Source: Myxococcota bacterium (GTDB lineage: Bacteria; Myxococcota_A; Polyangia; Polyangiales; Houyiibacteriaceae). From it: a stretch of DNA of 64,000 bases. The notes under the pieces are model-generated. The model saw nothing but the letters and a program-made list of their open reading frames with translations, was not told where the DNA came from and ran no database searches. Positions within the stretch are counted from its first letter, which is position 1; each line of letters opens with the position of its first letter. Below, piece after piece: positions 28,017 through 37,370 of the stretch. The position numbers were made by a program, and so were the translations under genes. The stretch spans positions 1 to 64,000 of the forward strand of contig JBCCEA010000003.1 in assembly GCA_039030515.1 (NCBI GenBank), in the 5' to 3' direction.

Positions 28017-28814
28017 CTAGACCACAGGTTGTTCGGTCAGTCTCAGGTATACGTAGGTTGCTGAGAGAAACCAAAGGGGCATTGTAAAGATCAGTCCGAT
28101 GTAGCAACACATCGCTCCGACTAACGAGATGAGGCCGTTGAGCGTCAGAAACACGAATACCTTCGCTTTATGACCGTCCGTAGCTTCCCAGCTTTTCTTC
28201 AGCGCTTCGATACCGTCGCTCCGCTGGTCGATCGCTACGAGGGGCCAAAAATAAAGGCCTACCGATAAAATTATGCCCGGCACGATGCAGAGCAAGAAGC
28301 CGATGTTGACTGCAACAGTGTGTAAGATCAGCCCGACCAGTATGTGGACCATGAACCCGCTTGCGGAGAAAAAATCTCCGATGGAGTAGGGCTCACCACG
28401 GCAGATTCGCAAACAAAAGAGAACTCCGCCTCCAGTAAGGAAGGCAGTGCTCACCGCGAAGACGGATAACGAAACCAGCATCGACAGCAGATAGAGCGTA
28501 GTGCTGTCGAGCAAAGCGAGTGCGGCGATTGCGAATCCGTACAAAAACATCGCAGGCATGCACATACACAACCCCGCAACCAGGAACGGTAGGAGGATTC
28601 CTGCCGGGTCGGCCTTGATCTTTCCAAAGGCGTAGGCGATCGCATCCATGGGACTCCAGGTCCCAGAGGGTCCTTGCGGAGGCGTGCCGAAATCCCCCGC
28701 GCTCGGAGGTTGGCCAAAACCACCCGTAGCGGAAGGGTGACCCAAGGGTTCGCCTGGAGGCGTTCCAAAGGTTCCCGGCAGTTGGCCGCTCGGTGGCTGT
28801 CCTATTTCAGACAT
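28017..28814 (-). CDS. Integral membrane protein with a Pro/Gly-rich N-terminus
   Basis: FGTPP/FGQPP repeats followed by several TM helices; GIEALKKSWEATDGH motif of DUF975-like proteins. Confidence 0.75.
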   Translation of the reverse strand: MSEIGQPPSGQLPGTFGTPPGEPLGHPSATGGFGQPPSAGDFGTPPQGPSGTWSPMDAIAYAFGKIKADPAGILLPFLVAGLCMCMPAMFLYGFAIAALALLDSTTLYLLSMLVSLSVFAVSTAFLTGGGVLFCLRICRGEPYSIGDFFSASGFMVHILVGLILHTVAVNIGFLLCIVPGIILSVGLYFWPLVAIDQRSDGIEALKKSWEATDGHKAKVFVFLTLNGLISLVGAMCCYIGLIFTMPLWFLSATYVYLRLTEQPVV

Positions 28815-28924
28815 CTCTGCGCTGCTCCCTTTGGCGTTGCGGAGCGCTACCCTACCACGGCTCTGTGACCAAAAGAGTAACTACCGATTTGATCACCCAC
28901 CGAAGAGTCAAGTATCCTGATCCA

Positions 28925-29650
28925 GTGAAACGATTCGATACGGTGGGACTAATCACGAGTTTGCTGCTCCTTGGACTGCCGATTACGACGGTCGCTCAAG
29001 GGGAAGACGCAGAGGCTGCTCGGGTATCTGGTGCCATGTACGCCGGAGTACGTCCCGGTTCCCCTTCCGCTCCGCCCGCCCCCGATGCGGCCTCGGTCGC
29101 GAATCGTCCACGTAAACGAAAGCAAGCCCGTTTGCTCACCTGGCCTGGATTTGAGCAGCTCGAGGAACGCCGTAGCCGTTTTTTCTTCCAAACCTCTCGC
29201 CCGGTGGAGACTCAATCCGAGGTGATTGCGGGCGCGTATCAAATCATACTGAAAAACACGCGTGTCCATCTACGCAACAACCGACGACCTCTCGAAACCC
29301 ACTGGTTCAACACGCCTGCGTTGCGCGCGCGGATCGACCAGGTGGGTCGTGATGTACGCTTGACGATCGACCTTAGGACGGTGGTGGTTCCGGTGGTCCG
29401 GAGCGTGGCTGGAAACGGCGGCTATTTCTTTACGTTTGTCGAGTTTCCCGCCGGTGACTATCTGCCCGAGGATCGAATTCATCACGCTATCGATGCATCC
29501 GGGCGTCCGGTTCAGCACAGCCCAGCACCCCAGCAGCCGGGTCGCACGGCGCCGGATGAGGCCGAATCGTCGCCGCCTTCAGTAGCGCCAACGCGTGCGC
29601 TCGACCCCTCTCTGCTCCAACTCGATGACGAGCGACCTCCGGGGATGTGA
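28925..29650 (+). CDS. Secreted AMIN-like domain protein
   Basis: Signal peptide; WPGF..SRFFFQT..NNRRPLETHWFNTP..RLTIDLR segment. GTG 28925 follows TTGATC-N18-TATCCT-N6. Confidence 0.65.
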   Translation: MKRFDTVGLITSLLLLGLPITTVAQGEDAEAARVSGAMYAGVRPGSPSAPPAPDAASVANRPRKRKQARLLTWPGFEQLEERRSRFFFQTSRPVETQSEVIAGAYQIILKNTRVHLRNNRRPLETHWFNTPALRARIDQVGRDVRLTIDLRTVVVPVVRSVAGNGGYFFTFVEFPAGDYLPEDRIHHAIDASGRPVQHSPAPQQPGRTAPDEAESSPPSVAPTRALDPSLLQLDDERPPGM

Positions 29651-29735
29651 GCGTCAGCGCACCGGAGGCCCAGAAGTGAAGGTGCGCGAAGCGACTGGGT
29701 ACTTTGAGTTCCGAGCCTAGGGGACAAGCGTGTGC

Positions 29736-30917
29736 TCAGACTGTCACACGACTCAGATGTGTGATCCCCTCTTCAAGCCCCCGCAGAGTGAGCGGAAACA
29801 TGGGAAAGACCTGCTTGACGTATTCGATGGTGTTTCCTTCCCAGAACCGGGGCGCCTCGGGATTCAACCAAATGGCTTTGGGAAAGTGCCTAGCGAGCAG
29901 GAGTAGCCAGCCGATTCCCTTGAGTCCGTCGTCGTCCGGTTCCTCTGCTCGAGCGGCAGAGAGCAATTCGTATGGCGCCATCAACGCGTCGCCTACGACG
30001 ATCAAGTGGTATTCTCTGCTGCAGCGTCGGACGAGATCGCGTACCCGGATACCCTTGTCGAATTGGGCGCTAGGGTAGACGTGGCTGTAGACGCAGTTGT
30101 GAAAGAAGTAGGTTTGCAGTTCTCGGAAGTGGGAAGACTTTCGGGCCGCAGAAAAGAGCCGCGAGACGAGTTCGGTATGGGGATCCATCGAACCACCGAC
30201 GTCCATCATCAGCACGATGCGCGTGTTGGGTCTTCTGGGCGGCCGAGTGACGATGTCGATCTCGCCTCCACCATCCGAGGTTTTTCGAATGGTAGACTCT
30301 AGATCGAGCTCTTCTTCTTCGCCGGAGCGAACGAACGAACGAAGTTTTCGAAGGGCGAACTGCATTTGGCGAACGTCTAAGGTCAAATCGTCCCGATAGG
30401 ATGCGAAGCGTCGCTCCGAGGCAACCTCAAACGCGCTCCGGTTTTGGCCTGCGCCACCCACTCGAATCCCGGACACACCCGGCGCGCCCGAGTGGCCGAA
30501 GGGAGAGGTTCCACCGGTGCCAATCCATCGGTTCCCTCCATCATGACGTTTCTTTTGTTCCTCAAGTCGCTGTTCGAAGAGTTTTTCAATCTCCTCCGGA
30601 GAGAGGTTGCCAAAGAAGGCTCGTTCTTCCTCCGTCAGTTCCCTTTGTCGCTCCACGGCGTCCCGAAGCCACTCGAGAAGCTCCTCGTGTACTCGGCTCA
30701 AGGAGAGTTCGACGCCCTTAAAGTGATGGACGAAGGCTCGATCGAAGAGGTCCAAATGCGCTTCTCGATGAACGAATAAGCATCGGGCCACGTGATAAAA
30801 GCCGTCCAGCGAGCTGTCGTGGAGATCCTCTTTGAGCGCCTTGCAGAGCCCCAGGAGCTCCTGAGTTCCGACCGGTACGCCCACGGAGCGAAGAGTTTGA
30901 ACAAATGAAATCAGCAT
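29736..30917 (-). CDS. VWA domain protein (CoxE-like), partner of the MoxR ATPase
   Basis: MIDAS motif DVGGSM, YFFHNC, VGDALMAPYE and WIGTGGTSPFG. Confidence 0.9.
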   Translation of the reverse strand: MLISFVQTLRSVGVPVGTQELLGLCKALKEDLHDSSLDGFYHVARCLFVHREAHLDLFDRAFVHHFKGVELSLSRVHEELLEWLRDAVERQRELTEEERAFFGNLSPEEIEKLFEQRLEEQKKRHDGGNRWIGTGGTSPFGHSGAPGVSGIRVGGAGQNRSAFEVASERRFASYRDDLTLDVRQMQFALRKLRSFVRSGEEEELDLESTIRKTSDGGGEIDIVTRPPRRPNTRIVLMMDVGGSMDPHTELVSRLFSAARKSSHFRELQTYFFHNCVYSHVYPSAQFDKGIRVRDLVRRCSREYHLIVVGDALMAPYELLSAARAEEPDDDGLKGIGWLLLLARHFPKAIWLNPEAPRFWEGNTIEYVKQVFPMFPLTLRGLEEGITHLSRVTV

Positions 30918-30929
30918 CTGCTTCCAGCA

Positions 30930-31781
30930 TCAGCTTCTAAATCGGTGTCCGCCGGCGAGCTCGTCAGCATAGGCGACGAGATCTTGCTCTTTTTTCAGCA
31001 AAGTTCCGAGAAACGGAAGCTCTTTGCCGAGCCGGACGTCGCCGATTCCGGCCTTGGTGAGTACCGTGATCCAGTCGATAAGCTCGCTCGTGCTCGGCCG
31101 CTTGCGCAGTCGTTTCATGTCCCGAAGATCGTAGAACGCCTGCAGCGCGTGCTCGACGAGGCGCTCTTCGAGGTCGGGATGGTGCACCTGTACGATCTGA
31201 CGCATCAAGTCCGGTGACGGGAACTCGATGAAGTGGAAGACACACCTGCGGAGAAACGCGTCGGGCAGCTCTTTTTCGGCGTTGCTGGTGATGATGACGA
31301 TGGGCCGTGTCTTCGCGACGATTTCATCACCGGTTTCGTCGACGAAGAAGCGCATCCGATCGAGTTCATTCAGGAGGTCGTTGGGAAACTCGATATCTGC
31401 CTTGTCGATTTCGTCGATCAGGAGCACGACCTGCTTTGGAGACGCGATCGCCTGGCCGAGAGGACCTTTTTTGATGTACGTCCTGATGTCGTCGACATTT
31501 CTACCGCCGAAACGCGAGTCGTAAAGACGCTTGACGGTATCGTATACGTAGAGACCGTCCTGAGCGCGGGTGGTGCTTTTGACCTGCCATCGAAGCAGGG
31601 GTAGCGCCAAAGCTTCTGCAACGGCCTCGGCGAGTAAGGTTTTCCCGGTACCCGGCTCTCCTCGCACCAGCAGTGGTCGCTCGAGCACCAACGCGCAGTT
31701 CACGGACGCCTCCAAAGGACCGCTGGTCAAATAGTGTTCGGTACCGTGAAAACGAGGTGCGGATGATGAAGACGACGACAT
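30930..31781 (-). CDS. MoxR-family AAA+ ATPase
   Basis: Walker A GEPGTGKT, Walker B LLIDEIDKAD, and LPDAFLRRC. Confidence 0.93.
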   Translation of the reverse strand: MSSSSSSAPRFHGTEHYLTSGPLEASVNCALVLERPLLVRGEPGTGKTLLAEAVAEALALPLLRWQVKSTTRAQDGLYVYDTVKRLYDSRFGGRNVDDIRTYIKKGPLGQAIASPKQVVLLIDEIDKADIEFPNDLLNELDRMRFFVDETGDEIVAKTRPIVIITSNAEKELPDAFLRRCVFHFIEFPSPDLMRQIVQVHHPDLEERLVEHALQAFYDLRDMKRLRKRPSTSELIDWITVLTKAGIGDVRLGKELPFLGTLLKKEQDLVAYADELAGGHRFRS

Positions 31782-31895
31782 CGAATGGCTCCAGTACGGC
31801 TTTTCCGAGGAGCCTACTTCGGCATGCGGCTTGTTCAAGTCGCTGTGCACACGCGATCCGTGGAACTACGTCGCCCGTGCTAAGTCCAGAAAACG

Positions 31896-32876
31896 ATGTC
31901 GTTTCGATCGGGACCTTTTCGATGGAGGATCGCGGCCCTGCTCGCGCTGTCGACCTGGCATTGCGAATGCTCGACCGACCTTTCCGGCATGCAGGTGGGT
32001 GGGCCGAATCCCTACACGCGCTGCTTAGCCCATGAGCTCAGCGAACGCGACTGGTGGCGTCAGGGATCATTGAGGCTCCGTATTCAAGACCGAACTTTGT
32101 CGGTGGCGGGTGTTCAAGTTGGAGATCGGATCGCAATGGGCGCCGGACCCTCCCCGGGAACCTTTGACGATGCCTTGCTGCATGCCCTCGACGCTCGAGA
32201 TGCAAAACTGCTCTTGGTGGTAGGTGAGCTCGCCACTTCGCCGGCCGAGTCTAGGATTTTGTTCTCCAGGCTGGCTGATCTGAAGATGCCCGTGGTCGCA
32301 ATTGCCGGGGGGAGAGATCAGGCCGGTGCCTTTCGATCCGGCACGGAGGCGACAGATGGAGCGGTTGTCGACGGCAGGGGGCTGCGGTCGATCGATTTCG
32401 GAGACTTCGAGCTCTTCCTGCTCTCAGGCGGTCCAAGACGTTACGTCAGCGGACCCGGAGGCTGCGGCTACGAAGCCTCGGATCTTGAGCCGCTTGCGTT
32501 CGACCAAAGCGGAGCCGATCGAAGTGAGCAGGACGGGAAGGAAAAGACCTCCGTGTGGGTCGCCTGGAGTCACGCCGGCCTTGACACAGGTTTACTTCGA
32601 CGGCTTTCCCAAGCTGGGATCGCACAAGGCTTCTACGCGTGGCCCTACCACCAAGGGGACCTGCCGCGATACGGGCTGGGTACGCTGGGCGTCGAAGCGT
32701 TTTCGGCTACGTCGACTGGGGAGGAGTTTGAATGGATCGGCCTGCCACGCGTCGGCGGACCACCTCGTCGACTTCTTGACGGGACGTTGAAGCCCTCCGG
32801 GTTGGTGTGGCTCTTAGCTACGTCACAAGGGCTGCGCGCAGAACGCGTAGCGACTGAGGATGCATCTGCACCTTGA
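31896..32876 (+). CDS. Hypothetical exported protein, possibly a degenerate metallophosphoesterase fold
   Basis: Long ORF with a signal-like N-terminus; LLLVVGEL and VVAIAGGRD weakly echo the GD/GNHD strands. Confidence 0.5.
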   Translation: MSFRSGPFRWRIAALLALSTWHCECSTDLSGMQVGGPNPYTRCLAHELSERDWWRQGSLRLRIQDRTLSVAGVQVGDRIAMGAGPSPGTFDDALLHALDARDAKLLLVVGELATSPAESRILFSRLADLKMPVVAIAGGRDQAGAFRSGTEATDGAVVDGRGLRSIDFGDFELFLLSGGPRRYVSGPGGCGYEASDLEPLAFDQSGADRSEQDGKEKTSVWVAWSHAGLDTGLLRRLSQAGIAQGFYAWPYHQGDLPRYGLGTLGVEAFSATSTGEEFEWIGLPRVGGPPRRLLDGTLKPSGLVWLLATSQGLRAERVATEDASAP

Positions 32877-32900
32877 CAGTTGAATACAGACGCCTATAAC
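32873..32900 (+). promoter_or_regulatory. Sigma70-type promoter of the rpmF-fab operon
   Basis: TTGACA-N16-TATAAC followed by a GC-rich discriminator. Confidence 0.75.
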
Positions 32901-33024
32901 GCGCCGATTCTGGCGACACGTCGGAAGGGTTCGAGCAAGTCTAAACGGACACACGCGGTGTCAGAAAATAGGCCTGCGTCGAGCCCCTTCTGAATACGAC
33001 AATCGTTCGAAAGAGGAGATAACG

Positions 33025-33270
33025 GTGGCTGTTCCGAAGCGTAGAACCAGTCGAAGCAAGACTAAAAAACGTCGAGCACACCACGATAAGGTTTTCGCCC
33101 CGAATCTCATCCCCTGCCCTAGTTGCGGCGACGTCATGGTAGCTCACCGGGTATGTCCCTCCTGCGGTCATTACAAAGGAAGGCAAGTCATCACCCCGAA
33201 GTCAGTCACCGACGAATTCGACATGGCTTCAAACGGGCCGACCACTCCAAAGGGAACCACGGCTCAGTAA
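33025..33270 (+). CDS. rpmF: 50S ribosomal protein L32 (Zn-binding type, C-terminal extension)
   Basis: MAVPKRRTS, CPSC..HRVCPSCGHYKGR; AGAGGAG SD. Confidence 0.95.
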   Translation: MAVPKRRTSRSKTKKRRAHHDKVFAPNLIPCPSCGDVMVAHRVCPSCGHYKGRQVITPKSVTDEFDMASNGPTTPKGTTAQ

Positions 33271-33292
33271 GCCGAGCCGCTTGCAACGAAGC

Positions 33293-34306
33293 ATGACGAG
33301 CGAGGCGACGATCAAGGCAACCGCCTCGCGAATCGGTGGAACCGGACACTACGTTCCTGAAAAAGTTGTCACAAACACTGACCTGTCCGCCATGGTCGAC
33401 ACATCGGACCAGTGGATCCGTGAACGTACCGGCATTGTAGAGCGTCGCATCGCTGGCGAGGGCGAATCCACCAGTGATATGGCTGCCGAGGCCGCTCGAC
33501 GAGCGCTGGACCACGCCGGTTTAGATCCCCAAGAGGTAGACCTAGTCCTGGTGGCCACGGTGACCCCCGATAGGCCGCTGCCGTCAACTGCGATCTTTGT
33601 GCACCGAGCACTTGGATTGCGTCACGACTGTGCCGCATTTGACCTCGCAGCTGCGTGTGCAGGATTCATTTACGGAATCTCAATTGGAAACCAGTACATC
33701 TGCAACGGCGCTGCAAGGAATGTGCTGGTGATCGGCGTGGAGCTTCTTTCGAGGGTGATGGACTGGTCGGATCGCAATACCTGCGTGCTTTTCGGTGACG
33801 GAGCAGGTGCGGTCGTTTTATCTCCCAGCACAGAACCGCATCACGGTGCGCTACTTTCAACGCATCTCTTCGCGGATGGAACGCTTGCCGATTCACTCAC
33901 GATTCGCGCTGGCGGCAGCCAGCAGCCGACGAACTACGAAACTGTGCAGAATGCACTCCACTTTGTGCATATGGACGGTCGCGAGATTTTTAAGTTCGCC
34001 GTTCGAGCGCTAGCGAGCGCAAGTTCTGCCGCGATAGAGGCCAATGGGGTATCTGCCGATGAAGTGGACTGGGTTGTCCCCCATCAGGCAAATCTTAGAA
34101 TTCTCGACGGTGTCTCCAAGCGCTGTGGAGTCCCCATAGAGCGATTTTTTATCAACATCGATAAATACGGCAATACCTCGAGCGCTTCGGTTCCCATCGC
34201 ACTCGACGAGGCGGTGCGAGCAGGCCTCGTCAAGTCCGGGCAACTCGTACTGATGTGTGCTCTCGGAGGTGGCATCGCGTGGGGCAGCGCGATGCTTCGG
34301 TGGTAG
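33293..34306 (+). CDS. fabH: Beta-ketoacyl-ACP synthase III
   Basis: AACAGF, PHQAN and GNTSSAS catalytic motifs. Confidence 0.95.
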   Translation: MTSEATIKATASRIGGTGHYVPEKVVTNTDLSAMVDTSDQWIRERTGIVERRIAGEGESTSDMAAEAARRALDHAGLDPQEVDLVLVATVTPDRPLPSTAIFVHRALGLRHDCAAFDLAAACAGFIYGISIGNQYICNGAARNVLVIGVELLSRVMDWSDRNTCVLFGDGAGAVVLSPSTEPHHGALLSTHLFADGTLADSLTIRAGGSQQPTNYETVQNALHFVHMDGREIFKFAVRALASASSAAIEANGVSADEVDWVVPHQANLRILDGVSKRCGVPIERFFINIDKYGNTSSASVPIALDEAVRAGLVKSGQLVLMCALGGGIAWGSAMLRW

Positions 34307-34309
34307 GTT

Positions 34310-35059
34310 ATGCTGTTTCGTCTTGAGAACAAAGTTGCGCTCGTGACCGGTGGTTCTCGCGGGATCGGGCAGGCCATCGTCGAGCGGCTCGCGGACTCCG
34401 GTGCGTTCGTTGCCATCAACTACCGAAGTAATCAACAGGCGGCACTGCAAACGCTCCAAAAGGTGCAGGAGTGTGGTGGTGACGGAACCTTGCTTCAGTT
34501 CGATGTCGGCGATTCAGAAGCTTGCGGGGAGGCTATTCGAGACTTAGTGTCACAAAAAGGCAGGGTAGACGTCCTGGTCAACAATGCCGGGATTGCCATC
34601 GATCAGCTGCTTGCCCGGGTGAAGCCCGACCAGGTGAGCGAGACCTGGCGCACCAATATCGATAGTGCGATCTGGTGCGCGAAGGCGGTGATTCGGAAAA
34701 TGATGAAGAATCGTTGGGGTCGAATCATCAACGTATCAAGCGTAGTGGGAGAGGCGGGCAATGCAGGACAACCCGTCTACAGCGCTTCGAAAGCCGCACT
34801 CATCGGGTTGACTAAGACCCTTGCTCGCGAGTACGCCTCTCGCGGCATCACTGTGAATGCGGTCGCCCCAGGTTACATCGCGACCGATATGACGGCGGGC
34901 CTCACCGACACGGCCCAAGAAATGATTGTCAAGCAAACGCCGCTAGGTAGAGTCGGCACTCCACAGGAAGTGGCAAACGCCGTACTCTTTCTCGCCAGTG
35001 AGGAAGCCTCGTATATCACCGGACAGGTTCTGAGGGTAAACGGTGGCATGTACATGTAG
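34310..35059 (+). CDS. fabG: 3-oxoacyl-ACP reductase
   Basis: [17 protein letters not shown] and VNGGMYM motifs. Confidence 0.95.
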   Translation: MLFRLENKVALVTGGSRGIGQAIVERLADSGAFVAINYRSNQQAALQTLQKVQECGGDGTLLQFDVGDSEACGEAIRDLVSQKGRVDVLVNNAGIAIDQLLARVKPDQVSETWRTNIDSAIWCAKAVIRKMMKNRWGRIINVSSVVGEAGNAGQPVYSASKAALIGLTKTLAREYASRGITVNAVAPGYIATDMTAGLTDTAQEMIVKQTPLGRVGTPQEVANAVLFLASEEASYITGQVLRVNGGMYM

Positions 35060-35094
35060 TACCGAACACGTTTAGTTCATACGGAGAAACGCCC

Positions 35095-35331
35095 ATGGAG
35101 ATCGCGGAGAAGGTCAAAGAGATCATTTCGCAACAGCTCGACGTAGATAAAGCTCAGATCAACGATACTGCAGCATTTATCGAGGACCTCGGAGCAGACT
35201 CGCTTGCCATTGTCGAGCTGGTACTTGCGTTTGAAGAGCAGTTCGAGATCGAGATTCCTGACGAAGATACCGAAAAAATCCGAACTGTTGGAGATGCGGT
35301 ATCCTACATCACCGAGCGCGCATCTCACTAG
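35095..35331 (+). CDS. acpP: Acyl carrier protein
   Basis: DLGADSL phosphopantetheine motif; acidic 78-aa protein. Confidence 0.97.
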   Translation: MEIAEKVKEIISQQLDVDKAQINDTAAFIEDLGADSLAIVELVLAFEEQFEIEIPDEDTEKIRTVGDAVSYITERASH

Positions 35332-35343
35332 CACAGAGTAGGT

Positions 35344-36618
35344 ATGCGAAGACGGGTCGTAGTCACCGGCATCGGCGCGGTAAGTCCTTGCGGCGCCACG
35401 ACCGAGTCCACTTGGGAGTCCATCGTTCAGGGCCGTAGCGGAATCGATACGATTCAGCGATTCGATGCATCTTCCTTCGCCTCCCAGATCGCCGGAGAGG
35501 TTCTGGACTTCGACCCGCTCGACTACTTCGAAAAGAAAAGGGTGAGAGAAGCAGAACGCTTCACCCATTTTGCGATCGCTGCAAGTCAGATGGCGCTCGA
35601 TTACGCGGGGTTTAAACCTACAGACGACCAAAAGGAGCGGGTCGCCACCATCGTCGGCGTCGGAATGTGCGGCTTGGAGCTGCTTCAGCAACAGGTGCTG
35701 ACGATGGAGCAGCGGGGTCCCCGTCGGATGTCTCCTTATTTCATTCCAGCGGCCATCGCCAACATGACCTCGGGTCAAGTTTCCATGCGATGGGGATTCC
35801 GTGGCCCCAGTTTTACCACGACGAGCGCCTGCGCTTCCGGAGCGCACTCTATCGGAGAGGCTGCCCGAAAGATCGAGCGTGGTGACGTGGATGCCGCGCT
35901 TGCCGGCGGTGCTGAGGCAAGCGTCTGCGGCACCGGGGTTGGAGGGTTTTGTGCCATGCGCGCGCTTTCGAAGAGGAACCACGCGCCAGCAGAGGCCAGT
36001 CGACCGTTCGATAAGGGTCGGGATGGGTTTGTCATCGCAGAGGGAGCGGGGATGATGCTGCTCGAAGAGCGAGGTCATGCGCTTCAGCGAGGCGCTCCTG
36101 TTCTAGCGGAGCTCGTCGGTTACGGTGCGACTGCGGACGCCTATCACCTCACTCAGCCGGCTCCCGAAGGGGAGGGTGCCCAGAGAGCGATGCGGGTTGC
36201 GCTGACCGACGCACGGCTCCGTCCAGAACAAATCGACTACGTCAACGCTCACGCCACGTCGACCCTGATGGGAGACGCCAAGGAACTCGAAGCTTTGCGT
36301 GGTGTATTTGGCACTCACGTGGAACGAGGACTGTCGATTTCTTCCACCAAGAGCATGCATGGCCACTTGCTCGGTGCCGCCGGAGGACTCGAGGCTGTGC
36401 TCACCGTTCTCGCGATTCGAGATCAGTTGTGTCCACCGACCCTGAACCTGGTCGACCCTGAAGAGGCGGCGGTTGGATTTGACCTGGTACCAAACGTTTC
36501 CAAGAAGAAGCCGATTCACGCCGCCATAAGCAACTCATTTGGGTTCGGAGGGACCAACGTGACCCTTGCATTCGAGAGACCTGACCTTTCGCAAACCACA
36601 CCGAACGATGCCTCTTGA
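35344..36618 (+). CDS. fabF: Beta-ketoacyl-ACP synthase II
   Basis: TSACAS, NAHATST, KSMHGH and SNSFGFGG motifs. Confidence 0.96.
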   Translation: MRRRVVVTGIGAVSPCGATTESTWESIVQGRSGIDTIQRFDASSFASQIAGEVLDFDPLDYFEKKRVREAERFTHFAIAASQMALDYAGFKPTDDQKERVATIVGVGMCGLELLQQQVLTMEQRGPRRMSPYFIPAAIANMTSGQVSMRWGFRGPSFTTTSACASGAHSIGEAARKIERGDVDAALAGGAEASVCGTGVGGFCAMRALSKRNHAPAEASRPFDKGRDGFVIAEGAGMMLLEERGHALQRGAPVLAELVGYGATADAYHLTQPAPEGEGAQRAMRVALTDARLRPEQIDYVNAHATSTLMGDAKELEALRGVFGTHVERGLSISSTKSMHGHLLGAAGGLEAVLTVLAIRDQLCPPTLNLVDPEEAAVGFDLVPNVSKKKPIHAAISNSFGFGGTNVTLAFERPDLSQTTPNDAS

Positions 36619-37057
36619 TCCATCGAACTACGCTATCGTTGTCGCTTCCGACCATGCGGGGCTTGCCCTGAAAGAAGAGCTGATTCAGCCCCTCGGTGAA
36701 TTCGCCAAGGTGGTCGACCTCGGAACGCACGATTCTGAGTCTTGTGACTATCCCCAATTCGCACATGCAGTGGCGAGGCACGTACTCGAGGTCGACGGCA
36801 CCTATGGAGTGCTGGTCTGTGGAACGGGAGTGGGTATGTCCATAGCCGCCAACCGCCATCGAGGAGTGCGCGCCGTGGTCTGCTCAGACGAATTCAGTGC
36901 AGCCATGGCGCGGCGCCACAACGACGCGAACGTGTTGTGTTTGGGTGCACGTGTCGTCGGGTTCAGTTTGGCGACAAGTCTTTGCCGAGCTTTTCTGACT
37001 ACCCCGTTTGAGGGCGGACGCCATCAACGCCGCGTCGACCAGATAGAACCCGCATGA
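36608..37057 (+). CDS. rpiB: Ribose-5-phosphate isomerase B
   Basis: ASDHAG, CGTGVG, HNDAN and FEGGRHQRR motifs. Confidence 0.95.
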   Translation: MPLDPSNYAIVVASDHAGLALKEELIQPLGEFAKVVDLGTHDSESCDYPQFAHAVARHVLEVDGTYGVLVCGTGVGMSIAANRHRGVRAVVCSDEFSAAMARRHNDANVLCLGARVVGFSLATSLCRAFLTTPFEGGRHQRRVDQIEPA

Positions 37058-37254
37058 ACCTCTCGCAAGATGCCCGATTCCGAGAAGAGCTAAGACGCTT
37101 CTCGCTTAAATTCTGCTGTGAGGACTGCGCGCTATTCGATCCGCGTGACGCCTCATGTGTCTACGGCTACCCGACTGCCGACCATCGACTCCTGAGGTAC
37201 GAAGATCCTGATTCCTCGGTCGTGTTTTGTAAGGACTTTGAGTTGCTCGAGTGA
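37054..37254 (+). CDS. Small Cys-rich hypothetical protein
   Basis: ATGA overlap with rpiB; CEDC..C..H..FCKDFEL pattern. Confidence 0.7.
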   Translation: MNLSQDARFREELRRFSLKFCCEDCALFDPRDASCVYGYPTADHRLLRYEDPDSSVVFCKDFELLE

Positions 37255-37370
37255 ACACCGAACCCCGCGCTTTGGTCCACGGCTCGCGAGGTGTGGTGGG
37301 GAAAGGTCTACGCTGAGGGATCTCAGTTCTATCCGTGAGCGGTCCAAAGGTCGAGTACACTAGCGGTCCC

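Noticed and set aside
35077..36078. Long antisense ORF (333 aa) over acpP/fabF, and similar ones over xerD, mdh and coaBC
   Set aside because: Expected antisense shadows of high-GC coding sequence; no motifs or start signals.
33293..36618. Type II PKS or secondary metabolite cluster
   Set aside because: Canonical fabH-fabG-acpP-fabF following rpmF, with no chain-length factor or tailoring enzymes.
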